Assembly: GCA_965224085.1 (NCBI GenBank)
Contig: CBDCYI010000005.1
Span: 160,001-224,000, forward strand
Source of the DNA: Candidatus Marinacidobacterales bacterium
GTDB lineage: Bacteria; Acidobacteriota; Vicinamibacteria; Marinacidobacterales; SMYC01
Length of the DNA: 64,000 nucleotides
Reading direction: 5' to 3'
The notes beneath the pieces were generated by a model. The model was given only the letters and a program-made list of their open reading frames with translations. It was not told where the DNA came from and did no database searches. Position 1 is the first letter of the stretch. Each line of letters opens with the position of its first letter. Position numbers and translations under genes: made by a program. Shown here piece by piece: positions 28,304 through 39,291 of the stretch.

Positions 28304-30115
28304 GTGACACGTCATCCGGAATGGCTGGTGCCCGGCGCTCTCTTAGTGATGACGGCTTGCGGAGGGGAAACGCCGTCCCTTCACGAGCCGGTTCGCCTGG
28401 CGGATCGAGTCTTCGACCAGGCGGCCCTCACTCCCGTGACCTTCCAGGATGAGACGCGCTTCAGCGTCGCCCCCAACGTTCCGTCCCAAATGCGTTTCGA
28501 GATCCGGGTCCCCATGCGAGGCGTTCTCGAGTTCGGTACGGGGGCTCGGGTTGCCGACGGAGCGGTGCTTCCCGCCCGCGTCGAGTTCCGGGTCGAGCTG
28601 CGTTCCGGAGACGAGCGAGAGATGGTTTTTTCACACACCATTAGGCGCTTCGAGCCCAACGCGTGGTTCGACCACGAAATCGATCTGACGCGGTGGGAAG
28701 GCTCCGTCGTCGATTTGAGCTTCGAAGTGTCGGCACTGGCACCGCGCGGGGACCGTGACGGCACACCCGCGAGTGTGGATGGGCTCACGCCCCTGTGGGC
28801 CAATCCCGTGATCTTCAGTCGCGAGGCCCCACGCGATCGCCCCGACGTGATCCTCGTCTCCATCGATTGCTTGCGCGTCGACCACGTGAGCACCTACGGC
28901 TATGCACGCGAGACCACGCCCTGGATCGATCGCTTCGCGAAGGACGGCGTGGTGTTCGAGACGGCAGTGGCTTCGGCTCCGGAGACGTTGCCTTCGCATA
29001 TGTCCATTTTAACTGGGTTGACACCTCCGCTCCATGGCGCGAGCAAGCGTTCGAGGCTTCCCGCGAGCGTTCCCTATCTTCCCGAGCTTCTCGCATCGAA
29101 CGGATACGAGGTGGACGCCATCGTCACGGGAGCGTTCTTGTCCCAGGCGTTCGGTTTCGAGCGAGGTTTCCACTCCTATCGATTCTTGGACGTGCCCCGC
29201 TCGGAGGCGGCGGTCGACGCAGCGCTACGCCTATTGCATCGCGGTCGCGGACGGAGCCAGTTCTTGTGGTTGCATCTGTTCGAGGCTCATTGGCCCTATC
29301 TTCCTGAGCGCGATCTGATCGAAAAGTTTGGCCCGCGGCCGCGCGACATCACGGCGCTCATGAGCAAAGTTTCGAATCAGGATCTCGCGCCGGACGGACC
29401 GGATGAGATCCAGGCGGTCGTGAACCTCTACGATGCCGAGGTCTTCGCTACCGACCGAGCGGTGGGCCGCTTTCTTGAGAATCTGAAGTCGCGGGGTCTC
29501 TACGAATCCTCGCTTATCATCGTCGTGGCAGACCATGGCGAGGCCTTCTATGAGCACGGATTGTGGCAGCACACGCTGGCGCTCTACGAAGAGATGATTC
29601 GGATACCGCTCGTCGTCAAGTGGCCGGGAGACTCTCCCATCGGGAGAAGCGACGTCCGCGTCCATCAAGTCGACTTGTTCAGCACGATGCTCGACATCGC
29701 GGGCATCAGCCCCCCGCCGAACGAAGGCCGGAACCTGAGGAGCTTTGTGGACGCCTCGAAAACCGAGCCCCGAGTGCTGTGGAGCGAGGCCGGATGGGCC
29801 TCCGCGGGACGTTTCTTCCGCATCCTCTCGTCCCGGGACGACAAGTTTAAGTATATCGTCAGCATGGAGGACGACGAGGAGCGCGGTTGGCCCCCAACGC
29901 GGCTGAGCCGCGAGGAAGTTTATCGGTGGGTCGCGGACCCTGGCGAACGCGAAGAGCTGTCGGAGGGAAACGGTGCCCAGCCCGATGTTTTCCGAGGCCA
30001 CCTGCGAGCGTACTTGAAAGAAACCGCAGCACGCCGCGCACAGACTCCCAAGATGACCATCGAGCTCGACGAGACGACGCTCGAGCAGCTCAGGGCTTTG
30101 GGTTACCTCAAGTAG
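28304..30115 (+). CDS. Sulfatase-fold (alkaline phosphatase superfamily) lipoprotein, Thr-type
   Basis: Lipobox MTAC; SIDCLRVDH, ETLPSHMS, ADHGE, LRALGY. Confidence 0.88.
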   Translation: MTRHPEWLVPGALLVMTACGGETPSLHEPVRLADRVFDQAALTPVTFQDETRFSVAPNVPSQMRFEIRVPMRGVLEFGTGARVADGAVLPARVEFRVELRSGDEREMVFSHTIRRFEPNAWFDHEIDLTRWEGSVVDLSFEVSALAPRGDRDGTPASVDGLTPLWANPVIFSREAPRDRPDVILVSIDCLRVDHVSTYGYARETTPWIDRFAKDGVVFETAVASAPETLPSHMSILTGLTPPLHGASKRSRLPASVPYLPELLASNGYEVDAIVTGAFLSQAFGFERGFHSYRFLDVPRSEAAVDAALRLLHRGRGRSQFLWLHLFEAHWPYLPERDLIEKFGPRPRDITALMSKVSNQDLAPDGPDEIQAVVNLYDAEVFATDRAVGRFLENLKSRGLYESSLIIVVADHGEAFYEHGLWQHTLALYEEMIRIPLVVKWPGDSPIGRSDVRVHQVDLFSTMLDIAGISPPPNEGRNLRSFVDASKTEPRVLWSEAGWASAGRFFRILSSRDDKFKYIVSMEDDEERGWPPTRLSREEVYRWVADPGEREELSEGNGAQPDVFRGHLRAYLKETAARRAQTPKMTIELDETTLEQLRALGYLK

Positions 30116-30482
30116 GGCCGGGCTCGAAGCGAACCCACGCTTGTGGAAGCCGCTGACACCGTTGCAGATTCGCAAGAGCCAGCCAACGACGGATAAAGCC
30201 ACTTGCACAAGGCAACCGTTCATCAGGATGCGTACCGTATCCCTCATCTGGTTCCGGCGGGTCCTATGCGCCGTGATCGAGTATGACTTGGCTCCTCGCT
30301 TCGAGGCGTATGGCCAGTGAAAAATGACGCACGCGGCACGTGAGCCCCCAAGCGAAGCTCAGACCAAATCGCCCACCGAGCGCCATGTACCTCGTCTGCG
30401 GCGGGCATGAGATCAGACCGCCAAGGGGCCGCGGCGGCACGGGTTCTTGGCCGACCAGGGAAAAAGCGATGTACGATGGCGC

Positions 30483-32382
30483 ATGAGATCACTCACACGA
30501 CAGACGGCTCTCCGGCCGCTCTCGCGCTGCCGATGGGCACCGTTTCTGATCGTTACTTCGACGCTGGCTGCGGGAGCGTGCAGCTCTCCAGCAACGAACG
30601 CGCCGGACCCGGTCTTTTCCTTTGTCCGTCGTATCGCGGATGCAGAGGGCGCCTATGACGAGCTGCAGTTTCGGTCGGTTCGCAAGGACGGCCAGCTCAC
30701 CTCTCCGGTGACCATCGAGGGGGAAACACGTTTTTCGTTGACACCCCCTGTGCCTTCGAAGCTCAGTTATCGGGTGGAGATACCCACTGACCCGGTGCTC
30801 GCTCTTTCGGTCGCGGTGTCTCCCATCGGGTCGGATTTCTTCCACGCGGCGATCGAGTTCAACGTCTTCGTGGATACGGGTGAGGGCGACGAGTTGGCGT
30901 TCAGTGAAGTGATATTGCCGGACCAGCCGAACCAGTGGATGAGGAGTCGCGTCGAGCTGGATCGTTTTGCCGGCAAGAGCGCACGGGTTACCTTCGATAC
31001 CAAGCTGTCGGCAAAATATCGTTCTCGCCCGCCCTCATCACGTCAGCAAGCGGTGCTTGCGAGTTGGGGCGATCCCGTCCTCAGAAGTGAGACGACGGAG
31101 CCGGATGGTAGCAACTTGATTCTCGTCTCCATCGATTGCCTTCGAGCGGATCATCTGAGCGCCTATGGCTACGAGCATGCGACCACCCCCAACCTCGACG
31201 CGGTAGCAGATGAGGGCGTTCTCTACGAGAACGCCTATGCCAGCGCTTCGTGGACCCTGCCGGCGCACATGTCGATGCTGACCGGGCTTCTTCCTTCCTT
31301 TCATGGCGCTACAAAGTGGGAGAAGCTCTCGACCTCCGTCCCTTACCTGCCTGAGCTTCTGGCAGGGCAGGGCTATCGCACGGCCGGGATCGTTTCCTGG
31401 GTCTATCTGTCCCAGGTCTACGGCTTCGAGCGAGGCTTCGATTCCTATCGTGTGCTGGACGCGCCCAGGGCCAGTGACATCGTCGACGCCGCTATCGAAG
31501 AGCTGGGTCGCGGGAAGGGACAAAATCTGTTTCTGTTCCTTCACCTCTACGATCCCCACTGGCCTTACATGCCTCCTCGAGAGTTCCACGGTCGCTTCGG
31601 GCCGCGGCCGGGGGACATCTCGGAGCTCATGGATTTCATGGCCGAAGCAAAGACGCCAGACACGGAGGCCAAATCGGAAGAGATCATCCGCCTCTACGAC
31701 GGCGAGATTGCCTTCGCCGACCGGGAGCTCGGTCGTTTCTTTCGGGCGTTGAGACAACGCGGAGTTTACGATGACGCACTCCTCATCCTGACTTCGGATC
31801 ACGGTGAGGCCTTCTATGAGCACGGCCATTGGCAGCACACCCAGACACTTTACGACGAGGTCACGCGCACTCCACTCATCGTCAAATGGCCGGGGGGGAA
31901 GGTGCGCGGCCGCGACCGGAGGCTGGCCAGCCAGGTGGATATCTTCGCCACGCTTGCGAAGGTAGCCGGGATCGAGACCTCCGAAACGGAGAAGACTTAT
32001 TGGGAAGGCCGCTCGCTGCAAGATGCTCCCGAGCGAGATCGAACGCTCTTGTCCGAAGTCACCTGGCGCTCACCCAAGGGCACGCTCATGAAAGCGGCGC
32101 TGCGGGACGCGGCAAAAGTACATCGCCACCCTAGCTGGGCCTACGGGGGACGATCTCGGTGTCTCCGAGCTACAGGAGGAAGAGCTCTACGATCTGCACT
32201 TCGATCCCGAGGAGCACCAAAACCTTCTGGAGCGGGACCCGACACAGGCTGGCCGATTCCTGAGAGAGCTGAAAGCCTTTCTCGAAGCGGCCCGGGCGGC
32301 ACGGGCGCACCGGCGTGGCGAAGCCGTCGAGCTCGACGACGCTACGCTTGAAAAGTTGCGAAGCCTCGGCTACACCCCATGA
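30483..32382 (+). CDS. Sulfatase-fold lipoprotein paralog, frameshifted near 32112
   Basis: AGAC lipobox; SIDCLRADH, WTLPAHMS, SDHGE; C-terminus KYIATL...ELYDLHFDPEE...LRSLGYTP* lies in another frame. Confidence 0.85.
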
Positions 32383-32559
32383 GCGAGTCTACGGCGCGCA
32401 GGCCATGGACGTGAACGACTCTCCTCGTTACCGTCGGCGCGCTCCTCATCGTTGTGGGTGCTCGCGGCCGCTCAGAACGATCGAGCGCCCGGCAATCCGA
32501 GCCGTCGTCGAAGTGACGATGTCTCGCTCCCGAATCCTTCGAGCTATTCTCGAGCTTCG

Positions 32560-34635
32560 ATGAGCGCGCGTGGTCGGTTGGCGTTGGTGCTCGGGCCAGG
32601 GATCGTGGCCGCCGCGGGCGTTGTTGTCGTGGAGGCGCCACGGGTAAGGATCGATTCTGGCTCTGCCGGCTGGAGGCGGCTGGTTCTCGGAGCCGAGCCA
32701 CGAGGTCACATTCCCGAAAGAGCCGTCGTCACTCTGCCCGGTGTGGATCGCAGCTCGGCGCGCCAGCTCGAAATCCGAGTCGCGCGGGACCCGGACGCCC
32801 CCGCAAGGCCCACGCTGGCCGTGTCCATTGACCGCGTCGAAGCGTACCCCATCCGTTTTGGACGTCAACCGACGGCGCTCGTCAATATACCGCCTGCCAC
32901 GACGCCGGGACTCCGCGTCGAGCTCGTCTGGAGAAGGGTTGTCGAGCCACCGCCACGGCCACCACGGCCACCACGGATCGAAGCGCTGATCCTCGAGAAA
33001 CGTCCGACGCCGTGGAGGCTGGCACTCTTGGCACTTTTCTCGACGAGCGCGGCCGTTCTCGTGTTTGTAGAGTGGAAGGGCCCGTCGTTTGGCATCGCGG
33101 CGGGTCTCTTTACTGCGGGGCTCGTCACGTTGGCCTGCCAGCCGGTGCTGACGTTGCTTACGTTACCTGCGTGGGTGTCCGTTTTTCACCTTCTGGTCCC
33201 GGTGACCCTCCTGGGCAGCAGCTTCGTGCTGGTCCGCGTTTTTCTGGACGCGGCAAACCGGCGAGGGTTCTATCGGCTCGCGGCCCTGCTCTGTGCCCTT
33301 TTCTTCGGCGTCTGGGTAAGAATCTACTTCTTGCCTTCAGCCGGCTCCTTCGACACCGAGTACTGGAAAGCCTGGACCCGGCAAGCGAGCACCCACGGCC
33401 TCAGTCAGGTTTACGGATCGGCCGAGACCGTTGCTGAGGGTCAGTTCTTCCCCCAGCTTCGCGGCGAGGAAGAAACGTGGAGAGCACCCTACAGAGGGAG
33501 TGAGTACGGCGTGGACTATCCTCCACTGGCGATGGCGCTCTGGCTCGGCACGTGGCATGCCGTTCGTTGGACGATGCCGTTTCTTGAGTACGGCGAAGCC
33601 GAGAACGTCGCCGTCAAGCTCCCGGCTGTCCTCGGGGACCTGGGAGCCGTCGTGCTACTGCTTTGGGCCTTCCGCAACCAGCCCGATCGCGGGCTCATGT
33701 TGGCCGCGCTCTACTGGGCGCTTCCTGTCTCCTGGCTCAGTAGCGCCGTGCTCGGGTTTCAGGATGGAGCCTACGTCCCGCTCGCCGCCGCCGCCTTGGC
33801 CGTTGCGGGACGAGGACGGGCCGCCCTCGCTGGCACGCTTCTGGCGCTCGCGTGCTGGGTGAAGCCACTGGCCGTGGTCGTGATCCCGATCGCGGCAGCC
33901 GCCGTCGTGGTCAACCGCCGGGGAACGACCGTTTTCAAGCAGCTCTTCGGCTTCTCGGTCGGAGGGCTTGCGGTGACCGTCGTCGCCATCGCTCCGTACT
34001 TGATTCACGGGACGATGGCCCCCATGCTGATCCACATCCTGCGAGCTTTCTCTCCGGGCAATCTGTCGAGCGGCTCTGCCAACCCCTGGTGGGTGGTCAC
34101 GCATCTCATCCATGTGGCCGAAAGTGGCGTCGCGCTCACGTCTCGCGTTGCGTTCCTCAAACTTCAGGACGTCACTTTTCCCGCTGGGCCGATTGGAACC
34201 GGCCTGGTTCTCCTGACCGCGGCCGGCTTGGTTTGGCGGCTTCGCGAGTGGAGTGGGCCACCTGCGAGCCTCCTATCCGGGGCGACCGTGGTTTTCGCTT
34301 TTTGCATGATGTCCGTCGGGGTCTACGAAAACCATGCCCATCTGATGTTTCTGCTCCTCTTGTCCACGGGGCTTTTGAGCTCCCGACATCGAATCCTCGC
34401 TGGGGTCACTTCGGCGAGTTACGTTTCAGCGTTGCTCTTGTTCTCCGGTTTGGGTCGCTTCTACGGTCCGAGGCACGCTTTCCTGGAGCCGGCGGGCCGG
34501 TGGATTACGGGCTGGCGCATGGCAGCTGGGTTCGATCTCACGTTGCTACTCGCTTGCGTCAACACCGTAGGTTTCGTCCTGCTGCTCCTTTCGTTCGCAT
34601 CTCGAGCGCCGAATCCATGCGGCACGGCAAAATGA
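32560..34635 (+). CDS. Polytopic GT-C glycosyltransferase, ALG6/ALG8-like
   Basis: FDTEYWKAW, VDYPPLA, KLPAVLGD, VKP, VYENH; many TMs; likely start MSARG at 32560. Confidence 0.72.
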   Translation: MSARGRLALVLGPGIVAAAGVVVVEAPRVRIDSGSAGWRRLVLGAEPRGHIPERAVVTLPGVDRSSARQLEIRVARDPDAPARPTLAVSIDRVEAYPIRFGRQPTALVNIPPATTPGLRVELVWRRVVEPPPRPPRPPRIEALILEKRPTPWRLALLALFSTSAAVLVFVEWKGPSFGIAAGLFTAGLVTLACQPVLTLLTLPAWVSVFHLLVPVTLLGSSFVLVRVFLDAANRRGFYRLAALLCALFFGVWVRIYFLPSAGSFDTEYWKAWTRQASTHGLSQVYGSAETVAEGQFFPQLRGEEETWRAPYRGSEYGVDYPPLAMALWLGTWHAVRWTMPFLEYGEAENVAVKLPAVLGDLGAVVLLLWAFRNQPDRGLMLAALYWALPVSWLSSAVLGFQDGAYVPLAAAALAVAGRGRAALAGTLLALACWVKPLAVVVIPIAAAAVVVNRRGTTVFKQLFGFSVGGLAVTVVAIAPYLIHGTMAPMLIHILRAFSPGNLSSGSANPWWVVTHLIHVAESGVALTSRVAFLKLQDVTFPAGPIGTGLVLLTAAGLVWRLREWSGPPASLLSGATVVFAFCMMSVGVYENHAHLMFLLLLSTGLLSSRHRILAGVTSASYVSALLLFSGLGRFYGPRHAFLEPAGRWITGWRMAAGFDLTLLLACVNTVGFVLLLLSFASRAPNPCGTAK

Positions 34636-34780
34636 GAGCCGAGTCCCTTCTTGGAGCTCCCACGCTCGAGCTGCAGGAATTCCAGCGCGCACCTGCTGCT
34701 CGGCCTACTCGGAGCGAGCCCGGGCCGAATGGGCGGAAACGCCGGGCGAGTGAGCGAGGAGCGAGAGAGCTTTAAGCACT

Positions 34781-35485
34781 CTACGGCTCGATGGCGACGA
34801 CCGTGACTTCGAAGCCCGCCTCGGTGCTGTCTTCCGACACGGTCACGCGCGCCTCCGAGACCCCGCGATCCAGAATCGCCTGCGCTACGGCTTGAGCGCG
34901 GCGCGCAGGAAGCTCCGGATCTTCGAGTGGCCCTCGATGGCCCTGGACGTTCGCCGAATATTCGGGACGTGCGTCGAGCCACTGCGCGATCGCGTCGAGC
35001 ACCCCGCGTGCGCCGCGGTCGAAGGAATCTTCGCCGCGGCTGAAGACGATCGTCGCGCTCGGTGTCCGTGCTTCGTCGAACGACGTGTGATCCGGAGGCG
35101 TGTCTTCGACGATCTCGAGCGTGTACTCGCCATCGGTCGCCCAGACGCGGCACCAGGTATCACCGCCATCTTCCCTCAGAAAGCTGAAGATGAGGCGGTT
35201 GCCGGCATCCTGGCGGATAGTGCCGTAAAGGCGCTCGCTCTCCGCCTTGAAGTGGTCGATGATGGCCGGGCGTTCGACCTCGTAAGGCAAGTTGTATTCG
35301 AGGTACCAGTACGGGCCGCCGACCCGTTTGCGCCGCCTCACTTCGCCCTTGCTATAGGTGACGATCATCTGCTCGTTCGCTTCTTGCTTCTCGACGACGA
35401 GCTTTGCCTGCGAGACAGGCTCGATTTGAGGATGGCCCTCCATCAGTAATGTCATCAGAACCCACGCGATTTGCATGATCTCCAT
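34781..35485 (-). CDS. OmpA-family C-terminal domain protein
   Basis: IVFSRGED...LDAIAQWL...VQGH...ARRAQAVAQAILDRGV. Confidence 0.75.
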   Translation of the reverse strand: MEIMQIAWVLMTLLMEGHPQIEPVSQAKLVVEKQEANEQMIVTYSKGEVRRRKRVGGPYWYLEYNLPYEVERPAIIDHFKAESERLYGTIRQDAGNRLIFSFLREDGGDTWCRVWATDGEYTLEIVEDTPPDHTSFDEARTPSATIVFSRGEDSFDRGARGVLDAIAQWLDARPEYSANVQGHRGPLEDPELPARRAQAVAQAILDRGVSEARVTVSEDSTEAGFEVTVVAIEP

Positions 35486-35678
35486 CCTAGCGCGCTCAAT
35501 GCGCGCTCACTCCTCATTCGCGCGTTTGGCGCCTCGCTGTCCATCCGAAAACTGCCGCCGACGATCTCGTGAAGGTACGTCTTTTTGGCGCCGTGATTGG
35601 CCTTAAGGGTACATGAAGTCCGTTTGAAACACCCCGACGCGTGGCATAACATAAACGGCTCACAAGGTGCCCCCTAAC

Positions 35679-36425
35679 ATGCGCAGGATCATAACGATGC
35701 CCGCCCATAAAGCGGCCAGGACCAACGCGCGGACCTATCGGGACATCCCGAAAGACTGTTACGACGCGGTGCTAGTCGTGGACGACGCGAGCCCCGACAA
35801 CACCGTCGAGGTCGCGCAAGGACTCGGGCTTCCGACCCGCCGGCACCCCGAAAACCGCGGCTATGGCGCCAATCAGAAGACGTGCTACGACTGGGCGCTC
35901 TCGGAAGGCGCCGACATCGTGGTGCTCCTTCACCCCGATTACCAATATTCGCCTGAATGCGTGCCCGCGCTCACTGAGCCCATCGCTTCCGGCCGGGCGG
36001 ATTTCGTCTTCGGGTCGCGGTTCAAGGATGGCGGTCGCCCCTTGGATGGCGGCATGCCGCTCTATCGTTATATCGGCAACCGCCTCACGACCGGCGTCGA
36101 GAACTTCTTCCTGGGAACCAACTTCAGCGAGCTTCACAGCGGCATGAAGGCCTATTCCCGAAGATTCCTCCAGCTGGTCGGATACGAGGATTTCTCCGAC
36201 GCGTTCGTATTCGATTCACAGCTTCTCATCCGCGCCGTGCTCCTGGACTTCCGCATCGAAGAAGTGGCGATTCCGACGCGCTACACGGACGAGTCGTCTT
36301 CGGTGGGCATCCGGAGCTCGATCAAATACATCCTCGAGACCTTCGGCGCGCTCTGGAGCGCCCGTCGAGACCGGAAACGGGTCGAGCGGGAATTCGAGGA
36401 ACGTACGAATGCCCTCAGCTCCTGA
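35679..36425 (+). CDS. GT2 polyprenol-phosphate glycosyltransferase (DPM1-like)
   Basis: VVDDASPD, NRGYGANQK, LHPDYQY, FGSRF, HSGMKAY. Confidence 0.9.
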   Translation: MRRIITMPAHKAARTNARTYRDIPKDCYDAVLVVDDASPDNTVEVAQGLGLPTRRHPENRGYGANQKTCYDWALSEGADIVVLLHPDYQYSPECVPALTEPIASGRADFVFGSRFKDGGRPLDGGMPLYRYIGNRLTTGVENFFLGTNFSELHSGMKAYSRRFLQLVGYEDFSDAFVFDSQLLIRAVLLDFRIEEVAIPTRYTDESSSVGIRSSIKYILETFGALWSARRDRKRVEREFEERTNALSS

Positions 36426-36557
36426 AGCGCCGCCGTGCCTTTTGTGCGGCCGGCGGCTCGTGCTCGTCTCCCTGAGCGTGCCGAACGGTGCGTCCGTCGA
36501 GAGCAGAGAGCTAGCGCGCACGATCGCACACCTCTTTCTCATCGAAGCGCGGGGCGC

Positions 36558-37787
36558 GTGAAACTCTCGGTCTTCACGCCGCTGCCGCCGGCGCCGACTG
36601 GCATCGCGGATTACAGCGAGCTCTTGCTGCGTGAGCTCGCCAAAGCGAGCGATTGGGAAGTCGAAGCTTACTGCGAAGGCGAGACCTGCAAGCAGCCATT
36701 CCCGGTTAGAGACGCCGCGTCTGCGACCGCGGGCGCTCTGGGGCTCGCAATGTACCACGTCGGCAATAGCGCGCATCACGATTTTCTCTACCGCCATATG
36801 CTCGCGCGGCCCGGCGTGCTCGTGCTCCATGACCTCGTGCTCCACCACGCGCGCCTGAACGGCTATCTCCAGAGTCCCGCCATGCGCGCCTACCGCGCGG
36901 ATTTAGGGAATCGCGACAAACGCGACGAAGCGCTCGCCACGCTCGACGCCTATCGTGAGGAAGTCATGGAGGCCTACCCCAACGAAGGCGACACGATCGC
37001 AGAGATCGCGATCCGCATGGGCGGCGGGCGGCTTCTTTACGCTTACCCTCTTTACGAGCACCTCGTTCGCCGGAGCCCGCTGACACTCGTTCACAGCTCG
37101 ACCGCGCGCGACGAAATTCTAGAGCGCTGCCCTGACGTAAATGTCGCAAAGGTCGCGCGCGTGCGGATGGGCATGCCACTACCGGGCCTGATGAGCCGCG
37201 AGAAGGCTCGCAAGAAGCTCGGGCTCGATGACGGGCTGCTCTTGGCGTCCTTCGGATTAGTCACACCCGAAAAGCGCATCGGGATGGCGCTCAAAGCACT
37301 CGCGCGTCTCCGCGCGAGCGGACTCGACGCGCGTTACGTGCTCGTAGGCGGCACCGTGGACCACTACGACGCGGCCGCGGAAGCGGAAGCGCTCGGTGTG
37401 AAGGACGCCGTTCGTTTCGCCGGCCGCGTCTCGGAAGAAGATTTTTGGCCCCATGTCTTCGCCGCCGATATCTGTTTGAACCTCCGCTATCCTTCCGCGG
37501 GCGAAACCTCGGCGACGCTCCTCCGCCTTCTCGCCTGCGGCCGGCCCGTCATGGTGACAGACCAAATCCACGCCGCAGATTTCCCGAGCTCGGTCGTCGC
37601 GCGCTCACACCTCGAAGGCGACGAAGATGGCCTCTATTGCGATTTGATGGATTTGATCCGCGCTAAAAAGCGCCGCCGCGATCTCTCCTTGAAGTCGCGC
37701 ACTTTTGTCGAGCGCGAGCACAGCCCAGAGGCCATGGTGGCCGACTATCTAGAGGCGCTTTCTGATCTCGGTCGCGATTCGACGTGA
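36558..37787 (+). CDS. GT4 glycosyltransferase
   Basis: TPLPPAPTGIADYS, YHVGNS, LHDLVLHH, FGLVTPEKRI, LRYPSAGETS; GTG start. Confidence 0.88.
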   Translation: MKLSVFTPLPPAPTGIADYSELLLRELAKASDWEVEAYCEGETCKQPFPVRDAASATAGALGLAMYHVGNSAHHDFLYRHMLARPGVLVLHDLVLHHARLNGYLQSPAMRAYRADLGNRDKRDEALATLDAYREEVMEAYPNEGDTIAEIAIRMGGGRLLYAYPLYEHLVRRSPLTLVHSSTARDEILERCPDVNVAKVARVRMGMPLPGLMSREKARKKLGLDDGLLLASFGLVTPEKRIGMALKALARLRASGLDARYVLVGGTVDHYDAAAEAEALGVKDAVRFAGRVSEEDFWPHVFAADICLNLRYPSAGETSATLLRLLACGRPVMVTDQIHAADFPSSVVARSHLEGDEDGLYCDLMDLIRAKKRRRDLSLKSRTFVEREHSPEAMVADYLEALSDLGRDST

Positions 37788-38186
37788 GTTGTCAGTTATC
37801 CGTACCTGGATCCGCCCACGGAGTGCGCGGCCACTGTTTGCAGCGCCGCCGCGTCAGGATAAAACAAATCAAGCCATAGCCGCACCCCGTCAGAGCCTCG
37901 TCCGCAAGCTCAGGAACCGTGTCACACGGACGCGGCGGGCGCATCACGTATGACGGTAAAGTGCATTTCTGCCCTTTCATCCGCGTCGAGGTCGAGGGAT
38001 TTGCGGAAGCAAAAGCCTGTCCGCGATCTGGAAGCGTTATGTCGAGCTTCGCAAGAAGCTCCTAGAGCGCGGGATCTTCCCGGTGTGCCAGCGCTGCTGC
38101 TAAAGTGGAGCTCGATTATTCGGATCAAGAAGTCTTTTCGAAAATGGAAATCGCCGAGATCCCAGTCTAGCGTCCCTTAACTTCCA

Positions 38187-38726
38187 GTGAACAACCACCG
38201 CCTAGAAGGCGGTGGCTTCAAGGGCTGTCAATTGGAAATTGACTGTCGTCGTGAAGAGGCTCGCCATCCTGGGAGTCTATGTACTCCTTTACCATCTCGT
38301 CCGTTATGCTTCCTGAACTCACCGCCAGATATCCTCGGGCCCAGAAGTGCCGGCCCCAAAACTTCTTCCTCAGGTGAGCAAACTCCTGAAGGAGTACTCG
38401 GGAGCTTATTCCTTTTAGCCACTGCACGATCGTACTCAGGTCCTGGTGTGGTCGGTAGGATACGAACACGTGGACGTGGTCGCGTGCAACCTTACCCGAG
38501 ATTATGTGCAGCTCATGTTCCATCGCGATCTGACGAATCAGATCGCGCACACGAACCGCTACTGGACCGATCAAAACCTTTTTACGGTATTTCGGTATCC
38601 AAACGATGTGCGCTTTTAGGTCCGTTTTCGTGTGCGCTCCGTGCCTGTAGTGACGCACGCGACCACAATACCACGATCTTCTCTTCGCCTAAAGGCGAGG
38701 GGTTTCGACCATCCCCGGAAGAGACA
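38187..38726 (-). mobile_element. IS200/IS605-family element, tnpA only
   Basis: Subterminal hairpins CCACCGCCT-AGA-AGGCGGTGG (38195-38215) and TCGCCT-AA-AGGCGA (about 38685-38698); right end TTCAC; TTAG precedes the left end. Confidence 0.8.
38218..38658 (-). CDS. tnpA: Y1 HUH transposase
   Basis: HIVWIPKYRK, DHVH, LKGISS, FWARGY, EYIDSQ. Confidence 0.95.
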   Translation of the reverse strand: MRHYRHGAHTKTDLKAHIVWIPKYRKKVLIGPVAVRVRDLIRQIAMEHELHIISGKVARDHVHVFVSYRPHQDLSTIVQWLKGISSRVLLQEFAHLRKKFWGRHFWARGYLAVSSGSITDEMVKEYIDSQDGEPLHDDSQFPIDSP

Positions 38727-38807
38727 CTAATTCAACAAGATAAGACTCCGACCTTTCCTTGCGGTGGCAGAGGGCAGGCCAGTATAATGCGAGGGAGAGT
38801 TCAATCC

Positions 38808-39227
38808 ATGATCACGAAGAAACTCAAATTCGTTGTTGGAACCGCTGTCATTCTGTGCGCCGTTCTCGCCCTCGCGATTACGGGTATGGAAGAGAGCAAG
38901 GCTTACTATCAGACCGTCCCGGAACTCAAAGCGATGGGCCAAAGGGTCGAAGGACGCCGGGTACGCGTCGCGGGCAATGTAGTCGTCGGATCGATCGAGC
39001 GCCACGGCGAGGGCGTCGTGACGTTCGTGATCGACTACGAAGGTGACACGCTTCCAGTGAAATATATCGGACGGGGCCCGCTTCCGGACACGCTCGTCGA
39101 TCGCGCGCAAGCGGTCGCCGAAGGCATGCTGACCCCCACGGGAGAGTTCGAGGCAACGCTCGTGCAAGCGAAATGCGCATCGAAATACGAGGCCGCCTAC
39201 GAAGAAGGCTCGACCGTGGCCGAATAA
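38808..39227 (+). CDS. ccmE: Heme chaperone CcmE, CxxxY variant
   Basis: YYQTV, RVRVAG, LPDTL, AKCASKY. Confidence 0.9.
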   Translation: MITKKLKFVVGTAVILCAVLALAITGMEESKAYYQTVPELKAMGQRVEGRRVRVAGNVVVGSIERHGEGVVTFVIDYEGDTLPVKYIGRGPLPDTLVDRAQAVAEGMLTPTGEFEATLVQAKCASKYEAAYEEGSTVAE

Positions 39228-39291
39228 CCCGGCCTCGGCTGGAACGATTTCATAGCGACTTCCATTCGGCAACAAGAAGGTTTCGAACGCG

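Noticed and set aside
32947-32976. CCACCACGG short repeat (PPR x3)
   Set aside because: Low-complexity linker with no further signal
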